DNA of 37,333 nt from a virus. Its lineage: Duplodnaviria; Heunggongvirae; Uroviricota; Caudoviricetes. The position numbers and the translations under genes are program-made. Positions 8,830 to 20,473 of this stretch are shown here, piece after piece (position 1 is the first letter of the stretch; each line of letters opens with the position of its first letter). Where the stretch lies: IMG/VR virus record IMGVR_UViG_2563366859_000002; one strand, given 5' to 3'. Below the pieces are notes generated by a model that was given only the letters and a program-made list of their open reading frames with translations, was not told the DNA's origin and made no database searches.

Positions 8830-10157
8830 TGTCCGTTCCTGTAAATGAGTTTCTGACCAGTTTTAGGGTTCGTTGCCGTCGCGCCTTCTGATATCCCACT
8901 TGGCGCAGCTTTTGTCTGCCCATTACCACCTTGTGGTGTAGGCTGCGCTGGGACATCGTCAAATAGCTTGGCCTTCCTTCTCCCTAAGCTTTTTTTCAGC
9001 CCCTGAGGAATAGTATCTCCATACGTATCCAGATATTCGTCTACCTGCTGGTTAAACTGCTGCCCCATAGCGTTGGCGTTAATTTTTGCTGCGTTAACAA
9101 TGTTATCCCTCGCTTCCTGTGACAAGCCATTCCCTGCATTAAGCTGGTCTACATATCCTTTTATCTGCCCCCATATGCCATCAGAGCGCATAACCTGAAC
9201 CTGTTCACCTTCGCGAACAACTGACTGAGGGTCGAGAGACTTCATGTAATTAAAGATAATCCCAAGTTGGGCAGCGCCAGTATTTACCTTGCTAAGGGCT
9301 TGCAGAGAGTTTGCCGCCGCTCTGACAGAGTTATAATTTTTACCAAAATTGGTAATGTCAGAATTTAATCCCTTAATTAATTCTGCTGACGGCTTACCTT
9401 TTTGCCCCAGCTCCATTAGCTTCAATCCCATCTCATCTGAGTGCATTTGTGCCCGCTGAGCCCTGTCTAGTTGAGCGTTCTGGATATTTGCCCATCCTCT
9501 CTCGTTCTCCATGTCAGCCTGACGGATGCTTTCATCCAATCGCCCTTTCTCAATTTCACGACCAGCTATCTTGTCCTGAACAGCAAACGCCTTTTCTGGC
9601 CCAAGTGCACCGAGAGACATAGTAGTCAGCATGTGTGATAGCTGCTCTGGATTCTGAATACCTGTCTGAATCATCCAGTCAGCATTCGCCCCCACGCGAT
9701 TTAACCTGTCCTTGTTATCAGTAATGAATTTACTGTAGGCTTCCGGTCCCTGAGAAAGAGCGACGTTAGCCCTCATGGCTAAATCGCCCATATCGTTGCG
9801 TTGCTGCTCATTAAGACCGGAAAATGCCTGTTGTGCCTGTGCAACAAACGCTGGATTTTCCTGGGCAAACTTAAATAGTCCCGATGGATCACCAGAAGCC
9901 CATGCATCAGCGTGAACCTTATTGAACGCACTAATCGCTTTCTGTTGCTGTTCCTGCTTATAAATATCAGCAACTCCAGCCAGACCACGTAATGCGGTCA
10001 GACCAACGTTATTTGCACCTGATCGAGCCAGTTCATTGTTTTCGCGGATCAGACCAAGCGTTGCGTTAATGTCGCTTGCCTTTGGCGCATTCTCATTTTG
10101 CGTACCGATGCCAGCCAGAAAACCACCAGAATTAATACCCTGTTGCCACGTAGCCAT
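8814..10157 (-). CDS. Ejection protein, P22 gp20-like, 447 aa
   Basis: Synteny between gp7-like and gp16-like genes; size and composition. Confidence 0.65.
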   Translation of the reverse strand: MATWQQGINSGGFLAGIGTQNENAPKASDINATLGLIRENNELARSGANNVGLTALRGLAGVADIYKQEQQQKAISAFNKVHADAWASGDPSGLFKFAQENPAFVAQAQQAFSGLNEQQRNDMGDLAMRANVALSQGPEAYSKFITDNKDRLNRVGANADWMIQTGIQNPEQLSHMLTTMSLGALGPEKAFAVQDKIAGREIEKGRLDESIRQADMENERGWANIQNAQLDRAQRAQMHSDEMGLKLMELGQKGKPSAELIKGLNSDITNFGKNYNSVRAAANSLQALSKVNTGAAQLGIIFNYMKSLDPQSVVREGEQVQVMRSDGIWGQIKGYVDQLNAGNGLSQEARDNIVNAAKINANAMGQQFNQQVDEYLDTYGDTIPQGLKKSLGRRKAKLFDDVPAQPTPQGGNGQTKAAPSGISEGATATNPKTGQKLIYRNGQWQPM

Positions 10158-10167
10158 TGATTACCCC

Positions 10168-10860
10168 TTAAAACAACGAGCCAAGCAGACCAAGACCAGC
10201 ACCGATACCAGCACCCCACGGAGTTGATAGCTCGAGAGCACTGGCTATGCCACCACCCAAAAGCGCACCGGATGCAGCACCACTAACACCCTGCTGCAAT
10301 GCTGACGGTCGGTTGGCGTTTGCCGCTGCCAGCGCCGCGCTTTGCTGTGAAATCTGGCTCATGTTGTTGGCATATGTTTGCCCGGCGTTTGCCTGCCCCT
10401 GAAGAGCGCCAAGACCGATATTTGCCAGGTTGTTGTAATTGTTCATTTGTCCAGATAGCCATTGCTGACCAAGCGTTGGTGCGATTGTTGCTAACTGATT
10501 ACTGGTTGCGGTGGAACCCAATCCACCTGTTGCTTCCGCTGCCGCCAGACTCTGATAGCGAGCCTGACCAGCAAGATCTTTGTACTGCTGAGAGTTGTAA
10601 TACTGGTTAAGCGCCTGACCTTGCCCCTCCAGAGACGATAAGTTCTCGAGGCTGCCGACATACTTATCAGCCAGAGGAGTAAACGGTTTCAGGTTGTTCA
10701 TGATGGTGTTGAACTGCTGATTTTGCAGGTCTGCGGCATACTTCTGAGCTTCTGCTGCATACTTTGCGCTTTTATCAGAGCTGCCACCTTTCCCGCCTTT
10801 TTCAGGGCAATAAGGTTCCTCGCCGCGCAGTTTTCTGCCCAGCTTAAATGCATATAACAT
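10168..10860 (-). CDS. Ejection protein, P22 gp7-like, 230 aa
   Basis: Gln/Ala/Gly-rich, about 229 aa, in the correct position. Confidence 0.65.
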   Translation of the reverse strand: MLYAFKLGRKLRGEEPYCPEKGGKGGSSDKSAKYAAEAQKYAADLQNQQFNTIMNNLKPFTPLADKYVGSLENLSSLEGQGQALNQYYNSQQYKDLAGQARYQSLAAAEATGGLGSTATSNQLATIAPTLGQQWLSGQMNNYNNLANIGLGALQGQANAGQTYANNMSQISQQSAALAAANANRPSALQQGVSGAASGALLGGGIASALELSTPWGAGIGAGLGLLGSLF

Positions 10861-10862
10861 GG

Positions 10863-11318
10863 CTATCTCCCGTGATTCAGGAAGTTGATTAGTTCTTCGC
10901 GTGTGGCGCTGTAAAACGTTACGTCATCCACGCCTTTGAAGTATTTCTTGATGGTTCCTACACGCTTAAGGCCAATCATTGCGCAGTACATCTGCCCGTG
11001 GCGGAATTTGCGTGCAGCGAACGATGTGACGCACTGAACGGTGGTGTTAGTCAGAATGTATCTCCAGAACGCCAGCCCGATTTCCTTGCTGAATCCGCGA
11101 ATCTCTGGCAGGTACATGGCGTGGCAATCAAAGGTCAGCGGCTGAATCTCCTGATAGTAAACAATTCCGCCGAACTGCCCGTGCACGTTCACCTCAAAGT
11201 AACGGCAATCAGGTTTGTAGTCGTATCCATCACCGTTGTTGCTCCCGGCGATAATGTCAGGGTGATTTCCGACTGCTTCGATCAGGTCAATGTTTCGCGT
11301 TGGTTTGAATGTAATCAT
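10863..11318 (-). CDS. P22 gp14-like virion protein, 151 aa
   Basis: Position between tail needle and ejection proteins. Confidence 0.5.
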   Translation of the reverse strand: MITFKPTRNIDLIEAVGNHPDIIAGSNNGDGYDYKPDCRYFEVNVHGQFGGIVYYQEIQPLTFDCHAMYLPEIRGFSKEIGLAFWRYILTNTTVQCVTSFAARKFRHGQMYCAMIGLKRVGTIKKYFKGVDDVTFYSATREELINFLNHGR

Positions 11319-12019
11319 CAGTCAATCAGCCCATGTAATCTAAGTGCTGTTTCAAGCGCCAGAATACGCTGCCGCGCCTGCTGCAAACCTGTAGCGAGAG
11401 CTGCGACTTCGGATTGTGTGTACGTAGTGCCGACAGCGTATGACTGGTTAGCGTTGAATGAGCCAAGAAGTGGCGTACCTGTGGCTGCAGTCCATCCGGT
11501 ATTTCTTGCTCCAACAACCTGAATTCCATCAACTGAATATGATGTTTTTACATCCAGCGGTGACGCAAGAGACTGCGATTCGGTTACAGTTTTCGATACG
11601 TAATCACTCTTAATGTCAGATACATCGCTTTCTACGCCATCCAGTCTTTGGTCAACAGTGACCAGATGCGCCTGAATATCGATAACCTCATCCAGCAAGT
11701 AATCAACATCGCTACGCAGTACGACTATCTTCCCTTCGGCAGTTGTTAACCTGACCTCAAGTAGATTTATCGCTTTTGTGTTTGCGGTGATTCTTGCGTC
11801 GTGATCAGCCAGTTCGACGTCCTGTTCATCGTTTTTCACCTGAGCATCGTAAGCGCCCTGACCAGCCTGATTTGCCTTCCCGGCAATTGCGCCGACATCA
11901 GCCCCCTGATTAATGACATACAACAGGTAAGACTGGCTGAATATATTGCGTGGAAGGATTGATGTATCGAGCCGCGTCGCCTGCACAATAACAGGGGTGT
12001 TGAGATTCGAATCAGCCAT
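11318..12019 (-). CDS. Tail needle, P22 gp26-like, 233 aa
   Basis: N-terminus [25 protein letters not shown] and C-terminus ...HGLID match recalled P22 gp26; identical length. Confidence 0.85.
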   Translation of the reverse strand: MADSNLNTPVIVQATRLDTSILPRNIFSQSYLLYVINQGADVGAIAGKANQAGQGAYDAQVKNDEQDVELADHDARITANTKAINLLEVRLTTAEGKIVVLRSDVDYLLDEVIDIQAHLVTVDQRLDGVESDVSDIKSDYVSKTVTESQSLASPLDVKTSYSVDGIQVVGARNTGWTAATGTPLLGSFNANQSYAVGTTYTQSEVAALATGLQQARQRILALETALRLHGLID

Positions 12020-13437
12020 TACTCAATCCTTATCTGGCAGCCAGACAGAGTGACAGGTGACTTAGTGATAACGCGCAATTTGAAGCCGACATTTTTCCTG
12101 ATGCGCCCGACTCGCTTCCACAAAACACGTTTGTCATAAACGAACGGTTCATTCTGCTCAATCATCTGCTCACGCCCGTAATTGATGCCGTCAGTGGTTG
12201 CAGAGAGAAAAAGGCGGTCAGCATACTGCGCAACGCCAGTTGACGATTCAACCTCAAGGTCGAAAACTCTGGAGTTATCCGCTTTGAACAACGGAGTAAA
12301 CAGCAGGTGTTCCTGTTGCTTGTCGTACTGGCTGCTGATATCGAACTGCAATTTGCCGATAACCGATTCCAGCTTATCGCCGCACGTTATCTGATTGCCT
12401 TCGTAAATGAAGTCGATAGCGCGGTACACATCGTCATACAGGCCTGTTTTCAACACACACCATTGCGGACCATTGGCGCTTGAAGATGCGTCGTATACGA
12501 GGACGTGGCGCGGAAGATGGATAATCAGCAACTCATGAGCATCAAACCGCAACGATTCCATCACGCCATCAGCCAGTTCATCAGCAGTGTAGGAGCGGAG
12601 GATTTTCTCAATGCTCGCGCTGGCGATTGGTGACACCTGACCGGAGCCGATGATGTATACAGACGGCGCACCTGTTGCCGGATTGCTGATGAACGCATAC
12701 GAATCAGCAAACGGCGTTTTGCAGTAGGTTCCGGCAATCCCTTTCTGCACCATCAGTGATGGCTGTGCGACATACAAAGCGGCACCAACGGTGGTTGCAC
12801 CAGTCAGGGAGAAATATTCAATCGTCGATGAACCAAAGCAGACGATGAAGTCTCGCCATGTACCTATGCCGATGATGCCGTCCGGCTGCGATTCTGCGCG
12901 ATATTGTGCGCTGTAACGGTCAGGATGCGATTCGTCTTCAAGGTCAGTGATAAACCATGAATCAGTACCGTCTTTTGACCACGCATAACGCCCACGTAAA
13001 CGCGTAATGTCACGGACCGAACCTAACTCATACTGCGTGAATCCGCTGTCTGCAGGCCAGTTTGATACGGTTTTAACCGTGCCATCATAGCGATACTCGA
13101 CCAGTTGACCATTAACGCCTACCGCCTGTGATGTCCGACCATGCGCCATTGATACACGACCACTTCCGGAAACATCACCGACTTCACTTTCTCCTTTGTA
13201 GAGCTTGCCACCACACACGCGATAAACAGCATTCTGCGCCATGTTGTACTCGACTCCGCGCGATACACCGTTTACATCAGAGCGTTTGGCAATGCCCGGG
13301 AATGAGCGAAGATATCCGCTGATGTTAAGGATTTCTTTGGGGGTTGCCAGCATATTCACTGGCAGATAGTCGATATAGTCGGCGTTTCGAAAGTCTTTGC
13401 CGACACCTTTCATAAGCGGAAGTTGCTGAATAGGCAT
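12019..13437 (-). CDS. Tail hub protein, P22 gp10-like, 472 aa
   Basis: Size identical to P22 gp10 and correct synteny. Confidence 0.8.
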   Translation of the reverse strand: MPIQQLPLMKGVGKDFRNADYIDYLPVNMLATPKEILNISGYLRSFPGIAKRSDVNGVSRGVEYNMAQNAVYRVCGGKLYKGESEVGDVSGSGRVSMAHGRTSQAVGVNGQLVEYRYDGTVKTVSNWPADSGFTQYELGSVRDITRLRGRYAWSKDGTDSWFITDLEDESHPDRYSAQYRAESQPDGIIGIGTWRDFIVCFGSSTIEYFSLTGATTVGAALYVAQPSLMVQKGIAGTYCKTPFADSYAFISNPATGAPSVYIIGSGQVSPIASASIEKILRSYTADELADGVMESLRFDAHELLIIHLPRHVLVYDASSSANGPQWCVLKTGLYDDVYRAIDFIYEGNQITCGDKLESVIGKLQFDISSQYDKQQEHLLFTPLFKADNSRVFDLEVESSTGVAQYADRLFLSATTDGINYGREQMIEQNEPFVYDKRVLWKRVGRIRKNVGFKLRVITKSPVTLSGCQIRIE

Positions 13438-13445
13438 TTATTCAC

Positions 13446-13928
13446 CTATGCGTTTGGGATATCGCCATCAATCAGAGGGAGATCGCCTGGATAATATCGG
13501 TCAGATGTAAACACGTCATATTTATTACCCTGTCCTACAGGAAAATCTCCACGTCGTCGCATTGAAGGAACAACCAGAGTGTCGGTCATCAAGGCATCAT
13601 ATGAGCGTTGGGCGTTACTGAGAACTTGCGAAGTTGGCTCAAGGCTGTAATCAGATAGCATTCTCAGCAATAACTGATAGCCTACTGCGTGTTTGTATTT
13701 TCTTGGAAGACCTGACTCATCATCAGGTAATGGCTGCTCATCTCCAGTTGCGAAAGCGTAACCAATGTCGCCGGGGTTAATCATCCACTCGGACATCATA
13801 TCTTCCAGATCATTTACACCATCTTCAATTGATTGCGGCTCAACATCAGTCAGCGATGCATTAGAAGCAATAGCAAACTTACGAAGCGCAAAAAGGACGA
13901 TCTCACCCTTTGTCAGTACTGTTGCCAT
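13446..13928 (-). CDS. Head-tail adaptor, P22 gp4-like, 160 aa
   Basis: LTDVEPQS motif as in P22 gp4; correct synteny. Confidence 0.8.
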   Translation of the reverse strand: MATVLTKGEIVLFALRKFAIASNASLTDVEPQSIEDGVNDLEDMMSEWMINPGDIGYAFATGDEQPLPDDESGLPRKYKHAVGYQLLLRMLSDYSLEPTSQVLSNAQRSYDALMTDTLVVPSMRRRGDFPVGQGNKYDVFTSDRYYPGDLPLIDGDIPNA

Positions 13929-14088
13929 TGTCTGCCGCCTTACGACCTCGCTTACTGGTCGGTTTCAATTCATCAACTGAGGCAACAAAGCCCAACTTTT
14001 CGAAAAACTGGAAGTCTTTTTCTGCGATAACGGCCTGTACATGTCCTGATTCGTTATCTGCGGCAAGGAATACACTCATGCGATCCAT
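13903..14088 (-). CDS. Small hypothetical protein between coat and gp4-like genes, 61 aa
   Basis: SD AAGGAA before ATG; P22-like phages carry a small gene at this position. Confidence 0.45.
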   Translation of the reverse strand: MDRMSVFLAADNESGHVQAVIAEKDFQFFEKLGFVASVDELKPTSKRGRKAADNGNSTDKG

Positions 14089-14131
14089 ATTGTTTCCTTA
14101 AAACATAAAAGGGGCGTAAGCCCCCTTGTTA

Positions 14132-15403
14132 TTACGGATTACCGAAGAACTGACCGCCCATGTGAGGGTTAAAGCACACATATGCAGGCAGTAAGTCGAA
14201 GCGCATTTTTTGCACGTTGGCATCGCCATCTGCGTATTTATGTACGCGGATGGAGAAACCTTCATATGTTGCAACAGCAGAATCAATACTGTGCAGTTTC
14301 GGTAGTGGGATAGAGCCAAGTCCACAGAAGAACTTGTTATAGAACAGGTTTGGCTTCATTGTCTGGCTAGCAGTGCCTACCACAGATACGGCATCGCCTG
14401 CCGCTACCTGACGACTTACAGAGTTGTACTGCGGGTTTGTAGTGTCATAAATCGGAACACCAGAAAGCGTAACCGTCACATCGCCACTGCTGTCTGAATT
14501 AGCATCAGCAGTAACCGTTGCAGTGAAGCTAATTGGTGTGGCTCCGTTATACAACGCCTGTTTGGTCTGCTGTTGCAGCCAGTAGGTATTGGTGAATTTA
14601 ACCTGATCACCAGCTTTCAGAAAACCTGTAACGCTGGCTGTCGCTCCGGTCAATGTTACAGTGAACTGGTATGAGTCTTTAACTGCGTTATAGGTAACAG
14701 TTGGCTGTGTTTTGACTGTCAGTGTTCCGCCAAATGCCCCCTGCGTACGAGAGGCAAGCCCATTAGACATCAGTGCGCGAATGCCGCCAAAATTGGTTGG
14801 AATCTGCGCATTCTCCCATGCAGTACGAACCAATTGATCTGAAGCGTGCAAACCAGTCTGCGCATCAGCAAGTCGCTGTGCAGACCATGGATCCATTACA
14901 GCATAGTTTTCACCTTCATTAACGCCGAGGTCTTTCAGGAAAGATGCCGTCTGCGCAACATCAGACCATTTGGTGATTGGAGTATTGGGGCTACCAAGTG
15001 ACAACGCACCGTTATTCATCATGAAGTGAGCAAGCTCTGTTTCAAGGTCGGTAACGATTCGCTGGCGAACCGGCGCGAGAATTTCTTCCAGTTGGTTAAG
15101 CTTGATCGCTTCCTCCAGTTGCTGATATTCAACAGCAACAGTGATGTAGTTACCTACACGCCCCGTAGCTTTACCTGAGATCAGGTTGTTTTTATTTTGC
15201 CCTGAAATATCACCAGTGGGAGTACGGAGGGATGAGAATTGATGCGGACGTTTAAAGCTAACGCTATCGCCAGTGCTGGAGTTGATTTCACCTGCCAGCA
15301 ACTGACGGTCTACGGTTTTCGCCAGAACTAAATCTGACATAAAACCCGGAAGGAATTTTTTCAGAACGATTTGACTGACGTTACTGTCGAGATTGTTAGG
15401 CAT
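14132..15403 (-). CDS. Major coat protein, P22/Sf6-type, 423 aa
   Basis: Size and position after the scaffold gene. Confidence 0.85.
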   Translation of the reverse strand: MPNNLDSNVSQIVLKKFLPGFMSDLVLAKTVDRQLLAGEINSSTGDSVSFKRPHQFSSLRTPTGDISGQNKNNLISGKATGRVGNYITVAVEYQQLEEAIKLNQLEEILAPVRQRIVTDLETELAHFMMNNGALSLGSPNTPITKWSDVAQTASFLKDLGVNEGENYAVMDPWSAQRLADAQTGLHASDQLVRTAWENAQIPTNFGGIRALMSNGLASRTQGAFGGTLTVKTQPTVTYNAVKDSYQFTVTLTGATASVTGFLKAGDQVKFTNTYWLQQQTKQALYNGATPISFTATVTADANSDSSGDVTVTLSGVPIYDTTNPQYNSVSRQVAAGDAVSVVGTASQTMKPNLFYNKFFCGLGSIPLPKLHSIDSAVATYEGFSIRVHKYADGDANVQKMRFDLLPAYVCFNPHMGGQFFGNP

Positions 15404-15414
15404 TTATCTTTTCC

Positions 15415-16299
15415 TTATTCGATTTTTGCGCCGGGGCATAATTTGTTGAATTCGTCTTGTTTCGCATCAGCACCGCCACCACGTACTTCCGGCTCTGGCT
15501 TGATGGCTTTCTTTGGTTTTGGAGCAAGGCTTACCTGTTTGCTAATCTGCCCCAAGAGGAATGCTGCGCGAATTGGATCTGTCTCAGCGGCTACACGCTG
15601 GCGTAATTGCTGGCTCTTACCTAAGCCATAGGCGAGTAGTTCAGAGCCTTCGTCTGCACAGTGAATGATGATTTCCTGCTGAATTGGTGGTAGCTCACTA
15701 AGAACAATGGCCTCCATTTCCTGATAATCTTTCACAGGAAGTTTTGCTGCCCGTTGTTTATGCGCTTCTACCCTTTGCTGGAAACGCTGTTGGTATTCCT
15801 GTTGCTGACGTAGTTTTTGTTGCTGCTGCTGTTCGACACGGCCTTTTTTCTCATGCCAATCAGTCAATGCCTGTTCAAACGCCTGTTCGTCATAATCACA
15901 CGACTCAAGAGTCGGTTTTGGTGGAATAGCGTCTGGTTGTGGTTGCTGATGTTCCGCAGGCTTGGCTAATGCTTCCTCAAGCTGGCGGCGCAACTCACGG
16001 TTTTCTTTCTGTGTTTCTTTGAAGCCTTTGCGAAGATCTTTCACCCATTGCGGTGCAGGTTGCCCGTCAATGTGATCATCATCGTCAGCGTTAAGCTGAA
16101 TTTCTTCATCACCAATACGCAAGGCGTAATCTTCTGGTGTCTCTTCGGTTTTTTCAGGCTCAGTTGCCACCTCTTTACCGTTGTCATCCTGGCTTTCATT
16201 CTCAGGCTGTGACTCTGTTTGGATGATGGTTTCTTCTGCATTTTCCTGTGTTTCAGACAGGCCAATAACCTGACCGTCGATGATCAGTTCGTTTTCCAT
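15415..16299 (-). CDS. Scaffolding protein, 294 aa
   Basis: Acidic, Gln/Glu-rich low-complexity protein between portal and coat. Confidence 0.8.
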   Translation of the reverse strand: MENELIIDGQVIGLSETQENAEETIIQTESQPENESQDDNGKEVATEPEKTEETPEDYALRIGDEEIQLNADDDDHIDGQPAPQWVKDLRKGFKETQKENRELRRQLEEALAKPAEHQQPQPDAIPPKPTLESCDYDEQAFEQALTDWHEKKGRVEQQQQQKLRQQQEYQQRFQQRVEAHKQRAAKLPVKDYQEMEAIVLSELPPIQQEIIIHCADEGSELLAYGLGKSQQLRQRVAAETDPIRAAFLLGQISKQVSLAPKPKKAIKPEPEVRGGGADAKQDEFNKLCPGAKIE

Positions 16300-16312
16300 T
16301 GATTACTCCTGG

Positions 16313-18439
16313 TTAACTCGGCATTAAGTCTGCCGGAGACTGTGGTGGTGACTGGAATTGCTGTTGTTGTGACTCGGCGACATCTTTCAGAAGGCGTATT
16401 GCCTCCATCACTGCTTTGTCATCGATGTTTCTGGCTTGGGCCAGTTTATAGACAGTGTTTGCCTGACTCTCCATCGCATCCTGCTGGGCAGTAAATGCTT
16501 TGATTTGAGTTTGAGCAGTTTCGTTAGTTGCTTTTTGCGCTTCTGCCTGCGCTGCTACCATTTGCGCCTGAGCGAGAACCATTTCAGGATTTGGCTGGCT
16601 TTGTGCTGCCATTTGCGCCTGTTGAACAATCTGCTGATCTTTCTCATTGCGTGGTTTTGCAATACCAGATATCAGCAGTTGGTTTCGGTTGTACTCTTTG
16701 AAGTCATCAAGGCCTTCGCCATCGATATTGTCCAGAATAATACCCTGAATTGCCGGGCGCATTGGGTCTGTTGGAAGCATAGAGCTAAGGACATTTGTCA
16801 GTACAGAAACCGTTGCATCACGTCGTGCTGTGTAGCTTGGTCCAACATCAACCGTCACATCGTATCGACCGACAGAAAGGTCATTTAACGCAACAACAGC
16901 CCCTGTTTGCCTGTCAACAACCTGTGCGCTCAGGACAGCGATATCATCACTTCCATCTTCGTTAACGATGCGCACTTCACGTTCTGAACCGTACACTTCA
17001 CGCGCCATTGACAGCCATACTTCACCAGCGCGTTTAAGACTTTTCGCCATATTGTCCAGATAGATAAACGAAGCCATATCTGCTCTGTTCATCAAGTTGT
17101 TAACCGTTTCCTGAGCAATATTACTTGGCATCTGCTGCATGGCCTGACTGCCGCCTGTAACCTCCTGAATATCAGCACTGGTTTGCTGTAGTAATGCAGC
17201 CAATGCCTGATTCATAACCGCAGGCTGTGTATATCCTGCCGGGGTAGCTCCAGCGATGATGTTGCCAGATTTATCTCTCACTTCGCGCAACGGCAAGAAC
17301 GCTGGTCGTTTCTTGTTGCGAGCCTCCCAGTGCTTCTCAAGTCCACGTATTTGCTCCATGCCAACTATAGGGATCTGACCGGGGTCTTGCGCTGCAGTAT
17401 CAGCCAGCATTGATACCTGAAGGTTGTACAAACGCTGTGGATCCATTGCTTTTGCAATATGTCCTTCGACACGCTCAATGTCATCAATGAACCAGCGTTT
17501 TCCATAAACCGGGATGAGGGGGATATGCTCACCAGGAATACGTCGAGGTTTCTCAAGGAAACCATCACCATCCACTACTGATACATACACACGACGCCGC
17601 TTCACTGAGCGCCTTGCAACTTCCTGAAATCCAGCTATTGCCAGTTCATCTTCAATATCTTCGACCTGATCACTGTCGTATGTTGCAATCTCTCCAGTGA
17701 TTGAATGTCGATAACTGATAACGTCAACAGACTCTTTACGAACTTCGTAATACTTCGCTATGTAAATAACATCTGCATCAAACCAGTCATATTCCCAACT
17801 GGTCATAGACGTTACATCCAGAGAAGCAGGAGGTTTCTTTCCGTATTCAGCCTCATATTTTTCAGGTGACAACGAATACATGCAGAACGCCCACAACGCG
17901 TCAGATTTGTCGTACTTCTTAGCGTCAGGGTCAAACCACACAGAGCGCGACGGGTCGTATATTGGTTCAATAGCAATACGCTGACGATCGTCCATGGGGT
18001 CGTATTCATTGACCAGCATCGACGTCAAACGGAAGCAACCGAAACCACCAGTAGCAGCGTCGTCAAATGCATTATCGCAAGCCTCACCGCCATCAGTTTC
18101 TTCGTAGTCAGCACGGAACAGACCATTTAATTTATTGGCTAACTCTTCGCTTGCCTCTCTGTCACCAGGACGAAACTTAACGGTGATTCTGTTATTGCGG
18201 TATTCTGCAATGATGCGGTTAAGTTCAGTTGCTACCTTATTGATTTCAAACTTAGGATACTTCTCGAACTGCTCATCAAGCTTAGTTCCAGCCGCCGTTG
18301 CTCCTTCCCATTGACCTCCGGGGACACGAGCAAACCTCGTAGCTTCAATGCACTTTTCGCGCACTTCCTGCTGTGGAGAATAGGCGCGGTCAAACCTGAG
18401 CATGATCCGCTCATGTTTTTTCTCTAATGTCTCTGCCAT
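16313..18439 (-). CDS. Portal protein, about 708 aa
   Basis: Internal start MAETLEKKHERIM placed just after the terL stop; size and synteny. Confidence 0.85.
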   Translation of the reverse strand: MAETLEKKHERIMLRFDRAYSPQQEVREKCIEATRFARVPGGQWEGATAAGTKLDEQFEKYPKFEINKVATELNRIIAEYRNNRITVKFRPGDREASEELANKLNGLFRADYEETDGGEACDNAFDDAATGGFGCFRLTSMLVNEYDPMDDRQRIAIEPIYDPSRSVWFDPDAKKYDKSDALWAFCMYSLSPEKYEAEYGKKPPASLDVTSMTSWEYDWFDADVIYIAKYYEVRKESVDVISYRHSITGEIATYDSDQVEDIEDELAIAGFQEVARRSVKRRRVYVSVVDGDGFLEKPRRIPGEHIPLIPVYGKRWFIDDIERVEGHIAKAMDPQRLYNLQVSMLADTAAQDPGQIPIVGMEQIRGLEKHWEARNKKRPAFLPLREVRDKSGNIIAGATPAGYTQPAVMNQALAALLQQTSADIQEVTGGSQAMQQMPSNIAQETVNNLMNRADMASFIYLDNMAKSLKRAGEVWLSMAREVYGSEREVRIVNEDGSDDIAVLSAQVVDRQTGAVVALNDLSVGRYDVTVDVGPSYTARRDATVSVLTNVLSSMLPTDPMRPAIQGIILDNIDGEGLDDFKEYNRNQLLISGIAKPRNEKDQQIVQQAQMAAQSQPNPEMVLAQAQMVAAQAEAQKATNETAQTQIKAFTAQQDAMESQANTVYKLAQARNIDDKAVMEAIRLLKDVAESQQQQFQSPPQSPADLMPS

Positions 18440-18441
18440 GT

Positions 18442-19854
18442 TTACCAACCGGAGGATGAGGGAACGTATATTTCTGTTTCTTCGCGGACCAATGCCGGGC
18501 AATGCATACACATCATCAGCGCATCAGCCAGGTTAGGAGATGGAATACCGAGCTTCTGCTTCATTTCGACCTTAGTCATAAGCTCCAGCTTCCCGTTATT
18601 ATTGAATTTGCGCTGAATCTGCGTCAGTTCTGCAAACAGCTTCTCCAGCATCTTCTCGCCTATCGCTTCTTTGTCGAAACTCAGCATGTCGTCGGGGTCT
18701 GCATACTCACCGTGGACAACCGCCCGATATGTCAGATACAGCCTGTCAGCCAGCGCGTAATAGAATTGCGCTCGCTTATTGCGGAACACATCGCCAATAG
18801 TGCGAACGTTGTCGCCCTGTACGACTTCATCAGCCCATGCTCCGGCCTGATACGGTGCATCTTCATCGAATGGCGATTCGCTGCCCTTGAACATCGTGGC
18901 GGTGATTTTCTTACCGGAGAACGCTTCCGTTGTCTGTCTGCGTAGCCCGGCACCAACACCATCACCATCCCACAGGTAATGGTCAGCGCCGTCTTCAATC
19001 GCCAGCGAAGTAGCCCAGTCAGCACCCTCGTTGATGTCCATCAGCAGACCTTCGGCAATGCGCTTAACTACCGAACCGTGACGCGATGCATAACCTTTAG
19101 CATCTGGCCCTGTATCTGATGGGTCATGCGCAGAGACAACAGCGCCTTTCGCTTTCCATCCGAGTTTCTTGTGCGCATCGGTTGCGGCTTCAAGCCATTC
19201 ACGTTTGATGATTGCCATATCACTTGCGCTTACTGGCTCACCAAGCCAGATATGACGATACAGTGTCGGATTTCTGCGTTTACACTCTTCCATCTCCAGA
19301 CGGAGAACTTCAGGAAAGTGCGGGTTGTCGGTGTAGTTCACCGTCAGCAGACAAATATCATCGGGAGGATTTACAACGAATCGCTGATAGGTATCGTCGA
19401 GGATGTTCTTCGGGTTAAAGCTCACCCATATTTCAGAGAACGGCTTACGGATGGTTGGGATCAGGATATCCCACGATTCCTTTGTTACCGCTTCCGCTTC
19501 TTCCACCCAGCAGATATCAATGCCTTCGAGCGATTTAATCTTCGTCGGGTTGTTTTTGATGCCGTAGAACATGAATTCAGCATTCGTTCCGAGATGACGA
19601 ATCATGGAACGCTGAATTTCAAACTCAGCCGAATACCCTTCACGCTCGATAGTGTCTTCAAGCAACCGGATTACCGAATCGCTGATACTGTTTTGCAGTT
19701 CACGAGCGCAGAGTATGCGCACAGGCTGCCGACGCGCCGCTTCAACAAGCAGTCTCGCAATTGCCCATGACTTACCGCTACCTCGACCGCCTTTGGCGAC
19801 TTTGTAGCGATGCGCCTCAATGAACGGTTCAAAGATAGGATTAATCGAGGTCAT
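18442..19854 (-). CDS. Terminase large subunit, 470 aa
   Basis: N-terminal Walker A KGGRGSGKS; size and position. Confidence 0.9.
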   Translation of the reverse strand: MTSINPIFEPFIEAHRYKVAKGGRGSGKSWAIARLLVEAARRQPVRILCARELQNSISDSVIRLLEDTIEREGYSAEFEIQRSMIRHLGTNAEFMFYGIKNNPTKIKSLEGIDICWVEEAEAVTKESWDILIPTIRKPFSEIWVSFNPKNILDDTYQRFVVNPPDDICLLTVNYTDNPHFPEVLRLEMEECKRRNPTLYRHIWLGEPVSASDMAIIKREWLEAATDAHKKLGWKAKGAVVSAHDPSDTGPDAKGYASRHGSVVKRIAEGLLMDINEGADWATSLAIEDGADHYLWDGDGVGAGLRRQTTEAFSGKKITATMFKGSESPFDEDAPYQAGAWADEVVQGDNVRTIGDVFRNKRAQFYYALADRLYLTYRAVVHGEYADPDDMLSFDKEAIGEKMLEKLFAELTQIQRKFNNNGKLELMTKVEMKQKLGIPSPNLADALMMCMHCPALVREETEIYVPSSSGW

Positions 19855-20273
19855 TTTCCGAATAGAGTGCTCATCGGTGATGTTTCAATCTGGATTGCGC
19901 CGCCGTCTTTGCCGACAAGCTCGTTAGTTACCTTGTCGCCATACTTACGGGGATTCATTCGGGCCAGCGCCCATTTGCGGGTATCAACGCGAAGTCTTGC
20001 CTTTGCCACCTCAGCAGCATCTGGAATCGCATTGTCAGCAATTTCGAATATCTCTTCGAAAATAGAATCAGCTCGTGCCTCAGTTGCCTTCGCGTACTTG
20101 TCGCGAAAATCCTCATGCTTTGCCAGCCAGCGGAAAACAGTGGACTTATCCGGCATACCAGGACGCTTACATACTTTCAGCAAACTTTCGCCAGAAGAAA
20201 GCAACGAGCAGATATCGTCAGCCACCTCCGGCATATAATCAGAGGGGCGACCAGCTTTTGGTTCAGTCGCCAT
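19851..20273 (-). CDS. Terminase small subunit, 140 aa
   Basis: Immediately upstream of and overlapping terL. Confidence 0.7.
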   Translation of the reverse strand: MATEPKAGRPSDYMPEVADDICSLLSSGESLLKVCKRPGMPDKSTVFRWLAKHEDFRDKYAKATEARADSIFEEIFEIADNAIPDAAEVAKARLRVDTRKWALARMNPRKYGDKVTNELVGKDGGAIQIETSPMSTLFGK

Positions 20274-20280
20274 ATTTATC

Positions 20281-20472
20281 TCACTTAGTTGTTATTTCAG
20301 GTCGTTGGCTCTTCATGCTTTCAATCAATGACTGCTTCAGCAATTCGAGTGTGCCAATAGCCTCACATACACTGATTTCACCATAATCATGGATGACGCT
20401 TTCCAGCCTCTCGTATAGCTCTTGAGTAATTGGGAATTTCTTCTCCTTACCCAAATTGATTACGCGGCTCAC
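20281..20472 (-). CDS. Hypothetical 63-aa protein upstream of terS
   Basis: Tightly packed with the 80-aa ORF and terS. Confidence 0.4.
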   Translation of the reverse strand: MSRVINLGKEKKFPITQELYERLESVIHDYGEISVCEAIGTLELLKQSLIESMKSQRPEITTK

Positions 20473-20473
20473 A

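Noticed and set aside
16313-18511. N-terminal extension of the portal ORF (start at 18511)
   Set aside because: The extension overlaps the terL coding end; an internal ATG at 18439 sits just after the terL stop.
19126-19770. 214-aa plus-strand ORF inside terL
   Set aside because: Antisense to the terminase large subunit with its Walker A motif; no start context.
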